Positions 1 through 9,209 are shown, counted from the stretch's first letter. The stretch is 64,000 nucleotides of DNA from Minisyncoccota bacterium (GCA_035546575.1 DASZWN010000001.1:212875-276874); one strand, 5' to 3'. The notes: generated by a model not told the origin, from the sequence alone. Program-made: numbers and translations.

Positions 1-202
1 CAAGGATAATTGGCCCTAGTACGAACGCAACAACATACCAGAGCATATATCGCCTGTCCCATATCGCTCCGAGCATAATAAGGCCAAGTATGGCGAGTGA
101 AAGCACTATAAACTGCGGATGATCGAAAAAGACATACATGAGAAAAATAGACGCGGACCCCGAAATGAATACCAGAGCGGGCATACGCTGAAGCTTATAC
201 AT
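1..202 (-). CDS. Hypothetical membrane protein (runs off the window edge)
   Basis: Manual translation from ATG 202: MYKLQRMPALVFISGSASIFLMYVFFDHPQFIVLSLAILGLIMLGAIWDRRYMLWYVVAFVLGPIIL, open to the edge and hydrophobic. TGT-TAAACT -10 box 6 nt upstream of the ATG. Confidence 0.65.
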   Translation of the reverse strand, partial: MYKLQRMPALVFISGSASIFLMYVFFDHPQFIVLSLAILGLIMLGAIWDRRYMLWYVVAFVLGPIIL

Positions 203-230
203 GGAATAAGTTTAACACTTCTGAAACGGA

Positions 231-412
231 CAAGAGACGAGCTTGGCTTTCGGTCGCACTTTGCCGTCGCAAAGTTCGCCTGCAGCCCCGGCTCGCGGCC
301 CCACCAGTGTGGGGCATCGCTGTGCCGTTCAAGTCCCTTTGCAAGCAAAATTGTTTGCTTGCAACTCTCGCTTACGTAACAAAAAAGCCCCGAAGGGCTT
401 TTATTGTTCGTG
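231..412 (-). repeat. tRNA-Asp trailer hairpin-mosaic element
   Basis: Fold-back of the tRNA 3' end: anti-acceptor at 365-371, 11-bp CAAT hairpin at 339-364, anti-T-arm at 327-337, GACG hairpin at 258-275, degenerate tRNA 3' copy at 231-240. Confidence 0.75.
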
Positions 413-486
413 CGCGAGAGACGGGACTTGAACCCGCAACCTCTGCCGTGACAGGGCAGCGCTCTAACCAGTTGAGCTACTCCCGC
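413..486 (-). tRNA. tRNA-Asp(GTC)
   Basis: GCGGGAGTAGCTCAACTGGTTAGAGCGCTGCCCTGTCACGGCAGAGGTTGCGGGTTCAAGTCCCGTCTCTCGCG folds as a cloverleaf with anticodon GTC; CCA not encoded. Confidence 0.97.
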
Positions 487-553
487 ATATATGCGGACAC
501 TGGGCCATTCTAGCCGAAATATGGCAAATTTCCAACATGCTATAATTTTTTGT

Positions 554-691
554 ATGGACCCTATTTCAAACTTGCTCCACCTCATACTCAACTTTCTTTT
601 GAGCTTTTTGCAACTCTTTATCGGATTTTTGATCCAAGCACTTAACTTGGTGTTGAGTTTTGCGCAGGCGATAGTTGGAACGGTGTCTTAG
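554..691 (+). CDS. Small hydrophobic protein (45 aa)
   Basis: MDPISNLLHLILNFLLSFLQLFIGFLIQALNLVLSFAQAIVGTVS; extended -10 TGC-TATAAT (538-546) 7 nt upstream. Confidence 0.55.
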   Translation: MDPISNLLHLILNFLLSFLQLFIGFLIQALNLVLSFAQAIVGTVS

Positions 692-1050
692 TGCTGGTGC
701 TCCTCCTTAAACTTTTTAAACTCGTCCTCCAGTTTGCTCATGCGCTCGTCGGTATCGTCCTCGATATCGATCAATTGGTTGTCGGCAGGGTCGAGCGCTT
801 TGATAAGCTCATCTAATTTCAGATGCGTTGCATGCGCGTCGCGGTTTTGAGTGTTTTGGATCAAAAACACCATCAAGAAGGTGACGATAGTGGTGCCTGT
901 GTTGATGACCAGCTGCCAGGTGTTTGAAAAGTTAAACAGCCAACCGGTGCCGGCCCACAGTGCAACAACACCTATGGCGATTAAAAACGCCCATGGCGAA
1001 CCCATGACCTTACTGGTTTTGTGCGCAATAACACGGAATAAATCGTTCAT
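688..1050 (-). CDS. Low-affinity iron permease family (Fet4-like) protein
   Basis: GSPWAF..FSNTWQLVINTGTTIVTFLMVFLIQNTQNRD..HLKLDELI signature. Start re-assigned to ATG 1050 because the ORF-track extension runs through tRNAs. Confidence 0.9.
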   Translation of the reverse strand: MNDLFRVIAHKTSKVMGSPWAFLIAIGVVALWAGTGWLFNFSNTWQLVINTGTTIVTFLMVFLIQNTQNRDAHATHLKLDELIKALDPADNQLIDIEDDTDERMSKLEDEFKKFKEEHQH

Positions 1051-1116
1051 ACAGCTATAGTATACATCGTTAGTCTTTGGCGTTTTGGCCGTTTTTATTG
1101 TACTTTGTATCGATAA

Positions 1117-1189
1117 GCCGAAGTAGCTCAGATGGTAGAGCAACTCCATGGTAAGGAGTAGGTCGCCGGTTCGATTCCGGCCTTCGGCT
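1117..1189 (+). tRNA. tRNA-Thr(GGT)
   Basis: GCCGAAG/CTTCGGC acceptor stem, anticodon loop ATGGTAA, T-loop TTCGATT. Confidence 0.96.
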
Positions 1190-1253
1190 CCCGCAAAAGT
1201 GGGGGCGCGTAAGCGTCCCGAGTTTTGCAAATCAAAAAGAATTTGTTTAACAA

Positions 1254-1326
1254 GCCGGAGTAGCTCAGTTGGTAGAGCGGCGGTATCGTAAACCGCAGGT
1301 CGCCGGTTCAATCCCGGCCTCCGGCT
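1254..1326 (+). tRNA. tRNA-Thr(CGT)
   Basis: GCCGGAG/CTCCGGC acceptor stem, anticodon loop ATCGTAA, T-loop TTCAATC. Confidence 0.96.
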
Positions 1327-1595
1327 CAAAAGAAAGAATTCCTGCCTTGTGCAGGAATTTTCTTTTGGCGGCCGGGATTGAACCGGGAGGGGTGAGAAAT
1401 CGCGGGGCGATTTCGCAAGACCTTTTGAGAGACTTTCGAAGAAAGTATCCAAAAGGTGTACTGCTCCTGTAAGGAGCGGGGAGGAACATGTGCCTCCCCG
1501 TGGAGGAATTCTTCAAAACCGTGGGTTTTGAAAGGCCGTCTTCAGTAGTATGCTACTGAAGACGGCCAGGAGTGAGATCCCGGCCTCCGGCTCAA
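1327..1595 (+). repeat. tRNA-Thr(CGT) trailer hairpin-mosaic element
   Basis: 1370-1386 is the exact reverse complement of tRNA 1303-1319; about six hairpins at 1396-1567; 1577-1595 is a 19-nt exact direct repeat of 1311-1329. Confidence 0.85.
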
Positions 1596-2474
1596 GTGGA
1601 AAAGGAACACCTAGAAAAGCGTATCAAAGAGATAGAGGGCGCCATGACGGCGGCCGATTTTTGGAGCAACCCCGGGGAGGCCCAAAACATGATCAAAGAG
1701 CTGCAAGAGCTTAAGCTCCAGGCTGAAGGCGGCGGCAAGTACGACCTTGGCGGCGCCATTATGACAATCGTGGCCGGCGCGGGCGGAGACGATGCCGAGG
1801 ACTTTGCGCACATGCTCTTTGAGATGTATCGCAAATTTATCGAACGCTTTGGTTGGTCATACAAACTGCTTCACGAAAACCAGAACGACCATGGCGGCTA
1901 CCGCAACCTCTCAATCGAGATAGTAGGGAAGCGGGTGTACGGCACCCTCAAAAACGAATATGGAGTCCATAGGCTCGTGCGCATCTCGCCGTTTAACGCA
2001 AACCAAAAGCGCCAGACATCTTTTGTACTGGTGGAAGTATTGCCGGTGCTTGAGAAGGTGTCCGACATAGAGATCCCCGATGACGATTTGGAGATTACGG
2101 TGGCGCGCTCGGGCGGCCCCGGCGGGCAAAACGTCAACAAGCGCGAGACTGCGGTACGCGTGGTGCACAAGCCCACAGGTATCAGCGCGCACGTAGACGG
2201 CGAGCGTACGCAAGGTGCCAACAAAGAGAAGGCGCTCGCGATTGTCAAAGCAAAACTGCTCCACCAGATGGAAGAGGAGCGCAAAGAAAAGATTTCCGAC
2301 CTCTCGACAGCCTCCGGCAAGATAGAGTGGGGCAACCAGATCCGCTCCTATGTGCTCCACCCGTACAAACTGGTTAAAGACCACCGCACCGAGGTAGAGG
2401 TTCGCGATGCAGAGAGCGTGCTCGAGGGCAATATTGAGCCTTTCCTCCAAGGTGCAACGTCATTGACCGAATAG
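1596..2474 (+). CDS. prfB: Peptide chain release factor 2 (short form)
   Basis: SPF tripeptide (RISPFNAN), GGQ ([11 protein letters not shown]) and [13 protein letters not shown]. Start is GTG 1596 (alternative GTG 1572). Confidence 0.93.
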   Translation: MEKEHLEKRIKEIEGAMTAADFWSNPGEAQNMIKELQELKLQAEGGGKYDLGGAIMTIVAGAGGDDAEDFAHMLFEMYRKFIERFGWSYKLLHENQNDHGGYRNLSIEIVGKRVYGTLKNEYGVHRLVRISPFNANQKRQTSFVLVEVLPVLEKVSDIEIPDDDLEITVARSGGPGGQNVNKRETAVRVVHKPTGISAHVDGERTQGANKEKALAIVKAKLLHQMEEERKEKISDLSTASGKIEWGNQIRSYVLHPYKLVKDHRTEVEVRDAESVLEGNIEPFLQGATSLTE

Positions 2475-2527
2475 TTTCTATGGCCTAGTGTTCTTGTGGG
2501 TGAATACGTGCACAAGAGGAGGAGCCG

Positions 2528-3052
2528 GTGCGCATAGTATTTATTTGCGGGATATGGACATTCCATAATCCTATCTGGGACAACCTTAGGGTGCCGCTTA
2601 AATCGCGATTCCCGCATGCTGCTATATACGAAGAGGAAGTCTGGTACTCTCCGTGGGAAACCGAGAAGATCAGAACGTTTGGCGACTCGATCGTGGAAAA
2701 GTATGACGACGGCGTTGATGTTCTGCTGATCGGACACAGTATGGGCGGCCTGGTCGCATGTGCCATTGCACCCCAGTTCAGTCATAGTCGCGTGCGTGGT
2801 ATCGCGACACTCTTTTCTGGACATACATTTTTTGGAGGCCTTTTTGCCAGAATCGCAGGAGTACCGCAGGAAAGCTCAATACCTATCATTTCGTTTCAGG
2901 CAAAAATCGATCAGATAGTGTGGTGGGGTACGCGCCACCCAAGAGCGGTTGCGCACGTAGATTTGCTCTCGGATCATCTCTTTGGTATGGCATACGTCAA
3001 GCGATATGGCGAAGTGGTTGCCAAAACCATAGAAGAAAAGCTCTTTATCTAG
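2528..3052 (+). CDS. Alpha/beta hydrolase fold protein
   Basis: GHSMGG nucleophile elbow with downstream Asp and His candidates. Confidence 0.8.
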   Translation: MRIVFICGIWTFHNPIWDNLRVPLKSRFPHAAIYEEEVWYSPWETEKIRTFGDSIVEKYDDGVDVLLIGHSMGGLVACAIAPQFSHSRVRGIATLFSGHTFFGGLFARIAGVPQESSIPIISFQAKIDQIVWWGTRHPRAVAHVDLLSDHLFGMAYVKRYGEVVAKTIEEKLFI

Positions 3053-3080
3053 GCCTGAGTGAATGCTCAGGCCTTTTTTT
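3051..3080 (+). terminator. Intrinsic terminator
   Basis: AGGCCTGAGT-gaat-GCTCAGGCCT hairpin followed by a T run. Confidence 0.8.
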
Positions 3081-3131
3081 GAGCTAATTTTGCACATTGC
3101 GCTAAAAGTAAGGTAAAATAGACAGGTTGAT

Positions 3132-3812
3132 ATGATCTACTACGACCGCGTATCCAAAATATACGCTGATAGCTCCGTTGCCTTAGACGACGTTAGCTTT
3201 TCGGTAGAGCCAGGCGAGTTTATCTCTATCGTCGGCCACTCCGGCGCCGGCAAGACGACGCTGGTTAAAATGCTCCTCGCGGAAGAAAAGCCCTCATCGG
3301 GCTCGGTCTTTTTTGAGTCGGTCAATGTGCACGACGTCCCATCGCGCCGCATCAACGACCTGCGCCGCAAGATAGGCACGGTGTTTCAAGATTTTAGGCT
3401 GCTTCCGCAGAAGACTGCGTACGAGAATGTCGCTTTCGCGATGGAGGCCGCAGGCCGCAGCGAGGAGGAGATAGCATCCGACGTGCCGCACGTGCTCGAC
3501 CTCGTTGACCTCACTGAAAAGGCAAATAATTTCCCAGACGAGCTCTCGGGCGGCGAGCAGCAGCGCGTTGCAATCGCGCGCGCCATTGTTAACCAGCCCG
3601 ATGTCATTGTTGCCGATGAGCCGACCGGTAATCTTGACCCGGTTAACACCTTTGAGGTGGTACAGATACTCAAAAAGATCAACGACCTCGGTACCACTAT
3701 TATCCTGACCACGCATAACAAGGGTGTGATCGACAGCCTCAAGAAGCGCGTGGTAACACTCGATAGAGGCAAGGTGATCCGGGACGACCGCGAGGGCAAG
3801 TACATACTATAG
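3132..3812 (+). CDS. ftsE: Cell division ATP-binding protein FtsE
   Basis: Walker [34 protein letters not shown]; adjacent to ftsX. Confidence 0.93.
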   Translation: MIYYDRVSKIYADSSVALDDVSFSVEPGEFISIVGHSGAGKTTLVKMLLAEEKPSSGSVFFESVNVHDVPSRRINDLRRKIGTVFQDFRLLPQKTAYENVAFAMEAAGRSEEEIASDVPHVLDLVDLTEKANNFPDELSGGEQQRVAIARAIVNQPDVIVADEPTGNLDPVNTFEVVQILKKINDLGTTIILTTHNKGVIDSLKKRVVTLDRGKVIRDDREGKYIL

Positions 3813-3822
3813 AATCAATCAT

Positions 3823-4755
3823 ATGGATCTTCTAAGCATACGGCGCGTGTTCAGGTCAGGTTTCATCAATTTTTGGAGAAACGGCTTTGTTTCGTTTGCA
3901 TCGGTGATGATGATGACCTTTACCCTTTTTGTGATCGGTCTCGCGATGTTTACGGGCGTGATACTCAACTCCACCTTGCAAGAGTTCCGCGATAAAGCAG
4001 ACATGAATGTCTACTTTACGACTGATGCGCCTGAGACCCGTATTGCGGATATTAAGACCTCGCTTGAGGCGCTGCCGCAAGTAGAGCAGGTTGAGTATAT
4101 TTCGCGCGACGAGGCGCTCGCTCAGTTTCGCGAGCGGCACCAAAACGACCAGCTAACGCTCCAAGCGCTCGATGAGCTTGGCGACAACCCGCTTGGGGCA
4201 GTGCTTAATGTAAAGGCGCGTGAGATTACCCAGTACGACAGCATTGCCAACTTCCTCCAGGGCCAAGATGCCTTAGCCTCCGGCACTCCGCAGATTATCG
4301 ACAAGATAAACTACTACGACCAGCAGCATCGCGACGCGATAGACCGCCTGGCTCAGATTACCGACTCGGCAACGTGGATCGGGCTTGTCATTATCGCGAT
4401 ATTCGTTTTGATCACGATCGCGATCTCGTTTAACACCCTGCGCCTTACCATCTACTCCTCGCGCGATGAGATCCAGGTGATGCGGCTCGTGGGTGCCGAC
4501 AAGACCTATATCCGGGCGCCGTTTATGGTTGAGGGTGTGCTCTACGGGCTCGTGGCCGCTGGTATAACGCTCCTGCTGTTTTACCCGCTCTCATGGTGGC
4601 TTGGCAGCTCGACGCAAAACTTCTTTGGCGGAGTCAATGTCTTCTACTATTACCTGAGCCACTTCCTCGTATTCTTTGGCATTATTGCCGGGTCAGGCAT
4701 TGTACTTGGAGCAGTGGCGAGCTTGCTCGCGGTGCGCCGATACCTTAAGATCTAG
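3823..4755 (+). CDS. ftsX: Cell division permease FtsX
   Basis: Four TM segments with a large external loop; EIQVMRLVGA..YIRAPF..EG motif. Confidence 0.92.
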   Translation: MDLLSIRRVFRSGFINFWRNGFVSFASVMMMTFTLFVIGLAMFTGVILNSTLQEFRDKADMNVYFTTDAPETRIADIKTSLEALPQVEQVEYISRDEALAQFRERHQNDQLTLQALDELGDNPLGAVLNVKAREITQYDSIANFLQGQDALASGTPQIIDKINYYDQQHRDAIDRLAQITDSATWIGLVIIAIFVLITIAISFNTLRLTIYSSRDEIQVMRLVGADKTYIRAPFMVEGVLYGLVAAGITLLLFYPLSWWLGSSTQNFFGGVNVFYYYLSHFLVFFGIIAGSGIVLGAVASLLAVRRYLKI

Positions 4756-4761
4756 GAAAAT

Positions 4762-6390
4762 ATGCCCAAATATATTTTTGTCGTTGGCGGGGTGATGTCA
4801 GGCATAGGCAAGGGCATCGCCACCTCCGCCATTGGGCGTATCCTCAAGTCAAAAGGTTTTGCGGTTACGGCACTTAAGATCGACCCCTATATCAATGTCG
4901 ATGCCGGGACGATGAATCCGACCGAGCACGGCGAGGTGTTTGTGCTCGAAGACGGCGACGAGTGCGACCAGGACATGGGCAACTACGAGCGTTTCCTCGA
5001 CATTACGCTCACGCGCACCAATTACATGACCACCGGGCGCGTCTACCAGGAGGTGATCCGCCGCGAGCGCAATCTCGAGTACAAGGGCCGCAATGTGCAG
5101 GTAGTGCCCGACGTGCCAGCCGAGGTGATCCGCCGCATTAAAGAGGCACAAGCAAAAGCTAAGGCGGATGTCACTATTGTCGAGGTGGGCGGTACGGTAG
5201 GCGAGTACGAGAACATTCTATTTTTGGAAGCGGCGCGCATGCTCAAGCATGAGGCGCCTAAGGATGTTGCGATTGTAATGCTCTCGTATGTGCCGATCCC
5301 AAACAATATCGGCGAGATGAAGACAAAGCCGACGCAGCACGCCAGCCGTGAGCTCAACTCGGTAGGGCTCCAGGCTGACATTATCTTGGCCCGCGCCGAG
5401 GTGCCGCTTGACCAAAAGCGCAAAGAAAAGATCGCGCTGTTTTGCAACGTGTCTCCGGAGCGCGTTGTTTCGGCACCCGATGTTGAAAGTATCTACGATG
5501 TGCCGCTCAACTACGAGAACGACGGTCTGGGCGACACTATGTGCGATGTATTGGGGCTCGAGCGCAAAAAGAGCGACCTCTCCGAGTGGGCCCAATATGT
5601 AGCAAAGTCAAAAAGTGCCACCACTCCTATTAAGGTTGCGGTAGTAGGAAAATATTTTAAGTCAGGCGAGTATGTGCTCGCCGATGTCTACATTTCGGTA
5701 ATCGAGTCGATAAAAGCAGCCGCGTATCATCAGGATCGCAAACCAGAGATTTCATACATAGACTCAGAGGATTTTGAAACAGGCAAGATGAAGCTTGAGG
5801 AGCTCAGACAATATGACGGAGTCATTGTACCGGGCGGTTTTGGCGAGCGCGGGGTAGAGGGTTTGGTGCTCGCAATACAGTTTGTGCGCGAGAATAAGAT
5901 CCCGTACCTGGGCCTGTGTTATGGCATGCAGTGGCTCACGATAGAGTACGCGCGCAACAAGGCGGGGCTTGCGGGCGCTAACACGGCAGAGGTCAACGCG
6001 AGTGCTCCGCACCCGGTCATCGACATCATGCCCGACCAAAAAGAAAAGATTTCAAAACAAGACTATGGCGGCACGATGCGCTTAGGTACCTATATAGCAC
6101 ATATTAAAGAGGGAAGCGTTGCGCATGAGGCATACGGCAAAACAGAGATATATGAGCGCCACCGCCACCGCTACGAGGTTAACCCGGAATATATAGAGCA
6201 GTTAGAGAAAGCAGGGCTCGTGTTCTCGGGCAAGTCTCCCGACGGCCGCTTGATGGAAATTGCCGAGCTCCCGCGCGAGGTCCACCCATTTTTTATCGCG
6301 TCACAGTTCCACCCCGAGTTTCTTTCGCGCCCTCTCTCTCCGCACCCGCTGTTTTCGGCTTTTATACGTGCCGCAAGCAAGAAGAATTAA
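4762..6390 (+). CDS. pyrG: CTP synthase
   Basis: KYIFVVGGVMSGIGKG, KIDPYINVDAGTMNP.EHGEV, GLCYGMQ, ERHRHRYE, QFHPEF. Confidence 0.98.
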   Translation: MPKYIFVVGGVMSGIGKGIATSAIGRILKSKGFAVTALKIDPYINVDAGTMNPTEHGEVFVLEDGDECDQDMGNYERFLDITLTRTNYMTTGRVYQEVIRRERNLEYKGRNVQVVPDVPAEVIRRIKEAQAKAKADVTIVEVGGTVGEYENILFLEAARMLKHEAPKDVAIVMLSYVPIPNNIGEMKTKPTQHASRELNSVGLQADIILARAEVPLDQKRKEKIALFCNVSPERVVSAPDVESIYDVPLNYENDGLGDTMCDVLGLERKKSDLSEWAQYVAKSKSATTPIKVAVVGKYFKSGEYVLADVYISVIESIKAAAYHQDRKPEISYIDSEDFETGKMKLEELRQYDGVIVPGGFGERGVEGLVLAIQFVRENKIPYLGLCYGMQWLTIEYARNKAGLAGANTAEVNASAPHPVIDIMPDQKEKISKQDYGGTMRLGTYIAHIKEGSVAHEAYGKTEIYERHRHRYEVNPEYIEQLEKAGLVFSGKSPDGRLMEIAELPREVHPFFIASQFHPEFLSRPLSPHPLFSAFIRAASKKN

Positions 6391-6463
6391 AAAATAGTTG
6401 GGTTGAGATTTAAGGCAATTTCAGGTATCTTTTGTCTGTAATTGCCCTCGTGCAGTTAACTAT

Positions 6464-6534
6464 TGCCAGATCGTCTAATGGTAGGACAACGGACTCTGAA
6501 TCCGTTTATCTTGGTTCGAATCCAAGTCTGGCAG
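6464..6534 (+). tRNA. tRNA-Gln(CTG)
   Basis: TGCCAGA/TCTGGCA acceptor stem, anticodon loop CTCTGAA, T-loop TTCGAAT. Confidence 0.96.
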
Positions 6535-6544
6535 CAAAATACCT

Positions 6545-6979
6545 ATGGCAGAACTAAAAACACAAGTTAATAAAGCAAACGTCGCAAAGTTTTTGGGCAG
6601 TATTAAAAATGAGCAGAAACGTGCCGACTGCATTGCGATTTCCAACATGATGGAGAAGGCAACCAAAACAAAGCCCGAAATGTGGGGCAAGTCTATCGTG
6701 GGCTTTGGCCGCGTAACGTACACCTACGCTAACGGCAAACAAGGCGAGTGGATGAAGATCGGTTTTGCTCCGCGCGCGCAAAACATCGCGCTCTACGGCT
6801 TGCTCATCTTTACCATGTCGGGTGGCGGTCTAAAAAAAGATAAAAAAGACAATAGCTTTCTACTGAAGCTGGGTAAGTATAAAGAAAGCGGAGGGTGCCT
6901 CTACATCAACAGACTCGCCGATGTCAGCATCAAAGAGCTTGAGAAAATTATTACACTTGCAGTAAAGCGCAAGAAATAG
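6545..6979 (+). CDS. DUF1801 (YdhG-like) domain protein
   Basis: MWGKSIVGFG..Y.Y..G..GEW..IGFAPR..LGKYK..GGCLYI.RL.DV pattern. Confidence 0.85.
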   Translation: MAELKTQVNKANVAKFLGSIKNEQKRADCIAISNMMEKATKTKPEMWGKSIVGFGRVTYTYANGKQGEWMKIGFAPRAQNIALYGLLIFTMSGGGLKKDKKDNSFLLKLGKYKESGGCLYINRLADVSIKELEKIITLAVKRKK

Positions 6980-7003
6980 GAGTCGATAGGGTAGAATAGA
7001 CAC

Positions 7004-7555
7004 ATGAACCCTCGAAACTTTTTTGTAGGAAGAGCAATCGGTTTTATTGTCGTTCTTGTGCTTGTAGGAGGCTACTTCCTTTTTAACAGCTACATATACC
7101 AGCAAAAGCAGGGGCCCGTGCTCGATTATAAAAACACTACCTACACTGTGGAGGGAGAAGTAGTGCAGCTTACCAATGGCATGTCAGAGGTGGAGGCTGC
7201 ACCAGGCTCGGCTTCCAAAGTTACAACCAAATATTTTGGCAACGAGGCAAAGGGCGACTTAAATGCCGACGGCATTCCTGACATCGCATTTCTGCTCACC
7301 CAAAACTCCGGTGGGAGCGGAACGTTTTACTATGTAGTGGCATCGCTCCAGGACAAAGACAGCGGGTACCTTGGCACCAACGCGGTCTTATTGGGCGACC
7401 GGATTGCTCCTCAGACTACTGAGATCAAAGACGGAGAGATTATCGTTAATTATGCCAACCGCGCACCAGGCGACCCTATGACTGCGCCACCGTCAGTCGG
7501 CGTTTCAAAATATCTGCGGGTCGACAACGGAGTTCTGGTCGAGACGGTGCAGTAA
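7004..7555 (+). CDS. Hypothetical membrane-anchored exported protein
   Basis: N-terminal TM helix; GDLNADG.PD..GGSGTFYY FG-GAP-like segment. Confidence 0.75.
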   Translation: MNPRNFFVGRAIGFIVVLVLVGGYFLFNSYIYQQKQGPVLDYKNTTYTVEGEVVQLTNGMSEVEAAPGSASKVTTKYFGNEAKGDLNADGIPDIAFLLTQNSGGSGTFYYVVASLQDKDSGYLGTNAVLLGDRIAPQTTEIKDGEIIVNYANRAPGDPMTAPPSVGVSKYLRVDNGVLVETVQ

Positions 7556-7561
7556 GGGCGC

Positions 7562-7807
7562 ATGTATTTTGTGTACATTATCGAATGCGCCGACTTGTCT
7601 CTCTACACAGGCATCACGACTGATTTAAAGAGAAGGTTTGAGCAGCATAAAACCGGAAAGGGCGGGCATTATACCCGGGCTAAACAGGTCGTGCGTTTTG
7701 TATATACCGAGCAACACTCAGGCAGATCCTCAGCGTTAAAGCGCGAAGCAGAAATAAAAAGTTGGCCCAGAGAAAAGAAACTGGGTTTGATACGCGGACA
7801 CAAGTAG
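7562..7807 (+). CDS. GIY-YIG nuclease family protein (UPF0213)
   Basis: YFVYIIEC..LYTGITTDL.RRF.QH..GKG..YT..SSALKRE.EIK. Confidence 0.92.
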   Translation: MYFVYIIECADLSLYTGITTDLKRRFEQHKTGKGGHYTRAKQVVRFVYTEQHSGRSSALKREAEIKSWPREKKLGLIRGHK

Positions 7808-7827
7808 TTTAGTGTAGTCTGTACGAT

Positions 7828-8604
7828 ATGGACCACAAAAGCAGCAAAACCTCCTGGGGCAAGGTTGCCGACTGGTACGGCGAGTATCTCGGGAATGAGG
7901 ACACGTATCAAGCAAAAGTGATTTTGCCTAATCTGTTGCGCGTGCTTAGCCTCAAGCCGGGAGAGAAGGTGCTCGACTTGGCCTGCGGGCAGGGATTCTT
8001 TGCGCGCGAGTTCGCAAAAGCGGGCGCACAGGTGGTGGGCGCCGACATTGCAAAGGAGCTTATTGCAGAAGCAAAGAAGGCCGGAGGACCTGTCGAGTAT
8101 TATGTCGCCCCCGCCTCACATCTGTCGTTTGCAAAAGATGCCGAGTTTGACGCGGTAGTGTGCGTGCTCGCGCTCCAAAATATGGAAGACATTAATGCAG
8201 TGTTTAAAGAAGTGCGCCGAGTGCTCAAGCCAGAAGGCCGGTTTGTGATAGTGCTCAACCACCCGGCGTTCCGTGTCCTCAAGCGCTCCGCTTGGGGCTG
8301 GGATGAGTCGGCCTCGGTGCAGTATAGGCGCATCGACGGCTACCTCTCCGCTGCAAAAATCTCAGTCGACATGCATCCGGGCGCTGCATCATCAACAAAA
8401 ACAATCTCGTACCACCGCTCGCTCCAGGACTTTTTTAAGGCGCTCAGAGGCGCCTCCTTTGCAGTCACGGCACTGGAGGAATGGACTTCGCACAAAACAA
8501 GCGAGAAAGGTCCGCGCCAGGCCGGAGAGGATGCTGCTCGGAAAGAAATCCCGCTCTTTATGCTCATAGAGGCGCAGCGATATGCGCAAAAAAGTGTAAA
8601 ATAA
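7828..8604 (+). CDS. Class I SAM-dependent methyltransferase
   Basis: VLDLACGQG motif I; FDAVVC..EVRRVLKPEG. Confidence 0.9.
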   Translation: MDHKSSKTSWGKVADWYGEYLGNEDTYQAKVILPNLLRVLSLKPGEKVLDLACGQGFFAREFAKAGAQVVGADIAKELIAEAKKAGGPVEYYVAPASHLSFAKDAEFDAVVCVLALQNMEDINAVFKEVRRVLKPEGRFVIVLNHPAFRVLKRSAWGWDESASVQYRRIDGYLSAAKISVDMHPGAASSTKTISYHRSLQDFFKALRGASFAVTALEEWTSHKTSEKGPRQAGEDAARKEIPLFMLIEAQRYAQKSVK

Positions 8605-8609
8605 AAATA

Positions 8610-9173
8610 GTGATCAAAAAACGCCTCGCGCAAGGAATCTATCAGGACGCTGGGATAATACTCCTCAGCATTTTTATTGCATTCATGCTGGTCGAGAGCG
8701 ATATCCTTAGTCAGTTTCTGGCTTCGCTCCATGGGGCGACCTATATCGGCAGTTTTATTGCGGGATTATTTTTTACCTCGGTATTTACCACCGCGCCCGC
8801 GATAGCGGCGCTCGGAGAAATATCGCAGCACTACTCGGTCGTGCTCAACGCGCTCTTTGGCGCCTTGGGCGCTGCAGTGGGGGACATGTTGCTGTTTTTG
8901 TTTGTGCGCGATCGCTTTTCAGACCACCTATCCGAGCTCATCAATACCCAGGGCGGGGGTCGGCGGCTCATGAAACTGTTTCGTCGTAGGTCATTCCGTT
9001 GGCTCACGTTCATGGTCGGCGGGCTTATAATCGCTTCGCCGCTTCCGGACGAGCTTGGCGTGACACTGCTTGGCTTTTCCAAGATGAAAGCACGCGGCTT
9101 CATTATTCTTTCACTCGTTTTCAACTTTATTGGTATCCTGCTTGTTGGCCTTGCGGCGCACGCGCTTGCGTAG
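8610..9173 (+). CDS. Hypothetical multi-pass membrane protein (VTT/DedA-like)
   Basis: About five TM segments; GALGAAVGD and SPLPDELG motifs; start uncertain (GTG 8610). Confidence 0.7.
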   Translation: MIKKRLAQGIYQDAGIILLSIFIAFMLVESDILSQFLASLHGATYIGSFIAGLFFTSVFTTAPAIAALGEISQHYSVVLNALFGALGAAVGDMLLFLFVRDRFSDHLSELINTQGGGRRLMKLFRRRSFRWLTFMVGGLIIASPLPDELGVTLLGFSKMKARGFIILSLVFNFIGILLVGLAAHALA

Positions 9174-9209
9174 GTACAATGACAGCATTATTTAAATAAT
9201 ACACAGACA

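Noticed and set aside
106-1516. ORF-track proteins 106..591, 119..379, 1265..1516, 1269..1472 and the N-terminal half of 688..1452
   Set aside because: They overlap tRNAs and hairpin trailers and have no protein motifs; spurious.
1500-1600. Programmed +1 frameshift site for prfB
   Set aside because: No CTT-TGA with an upstream SD-like sequence and no RF2-like upstream ORF was found.
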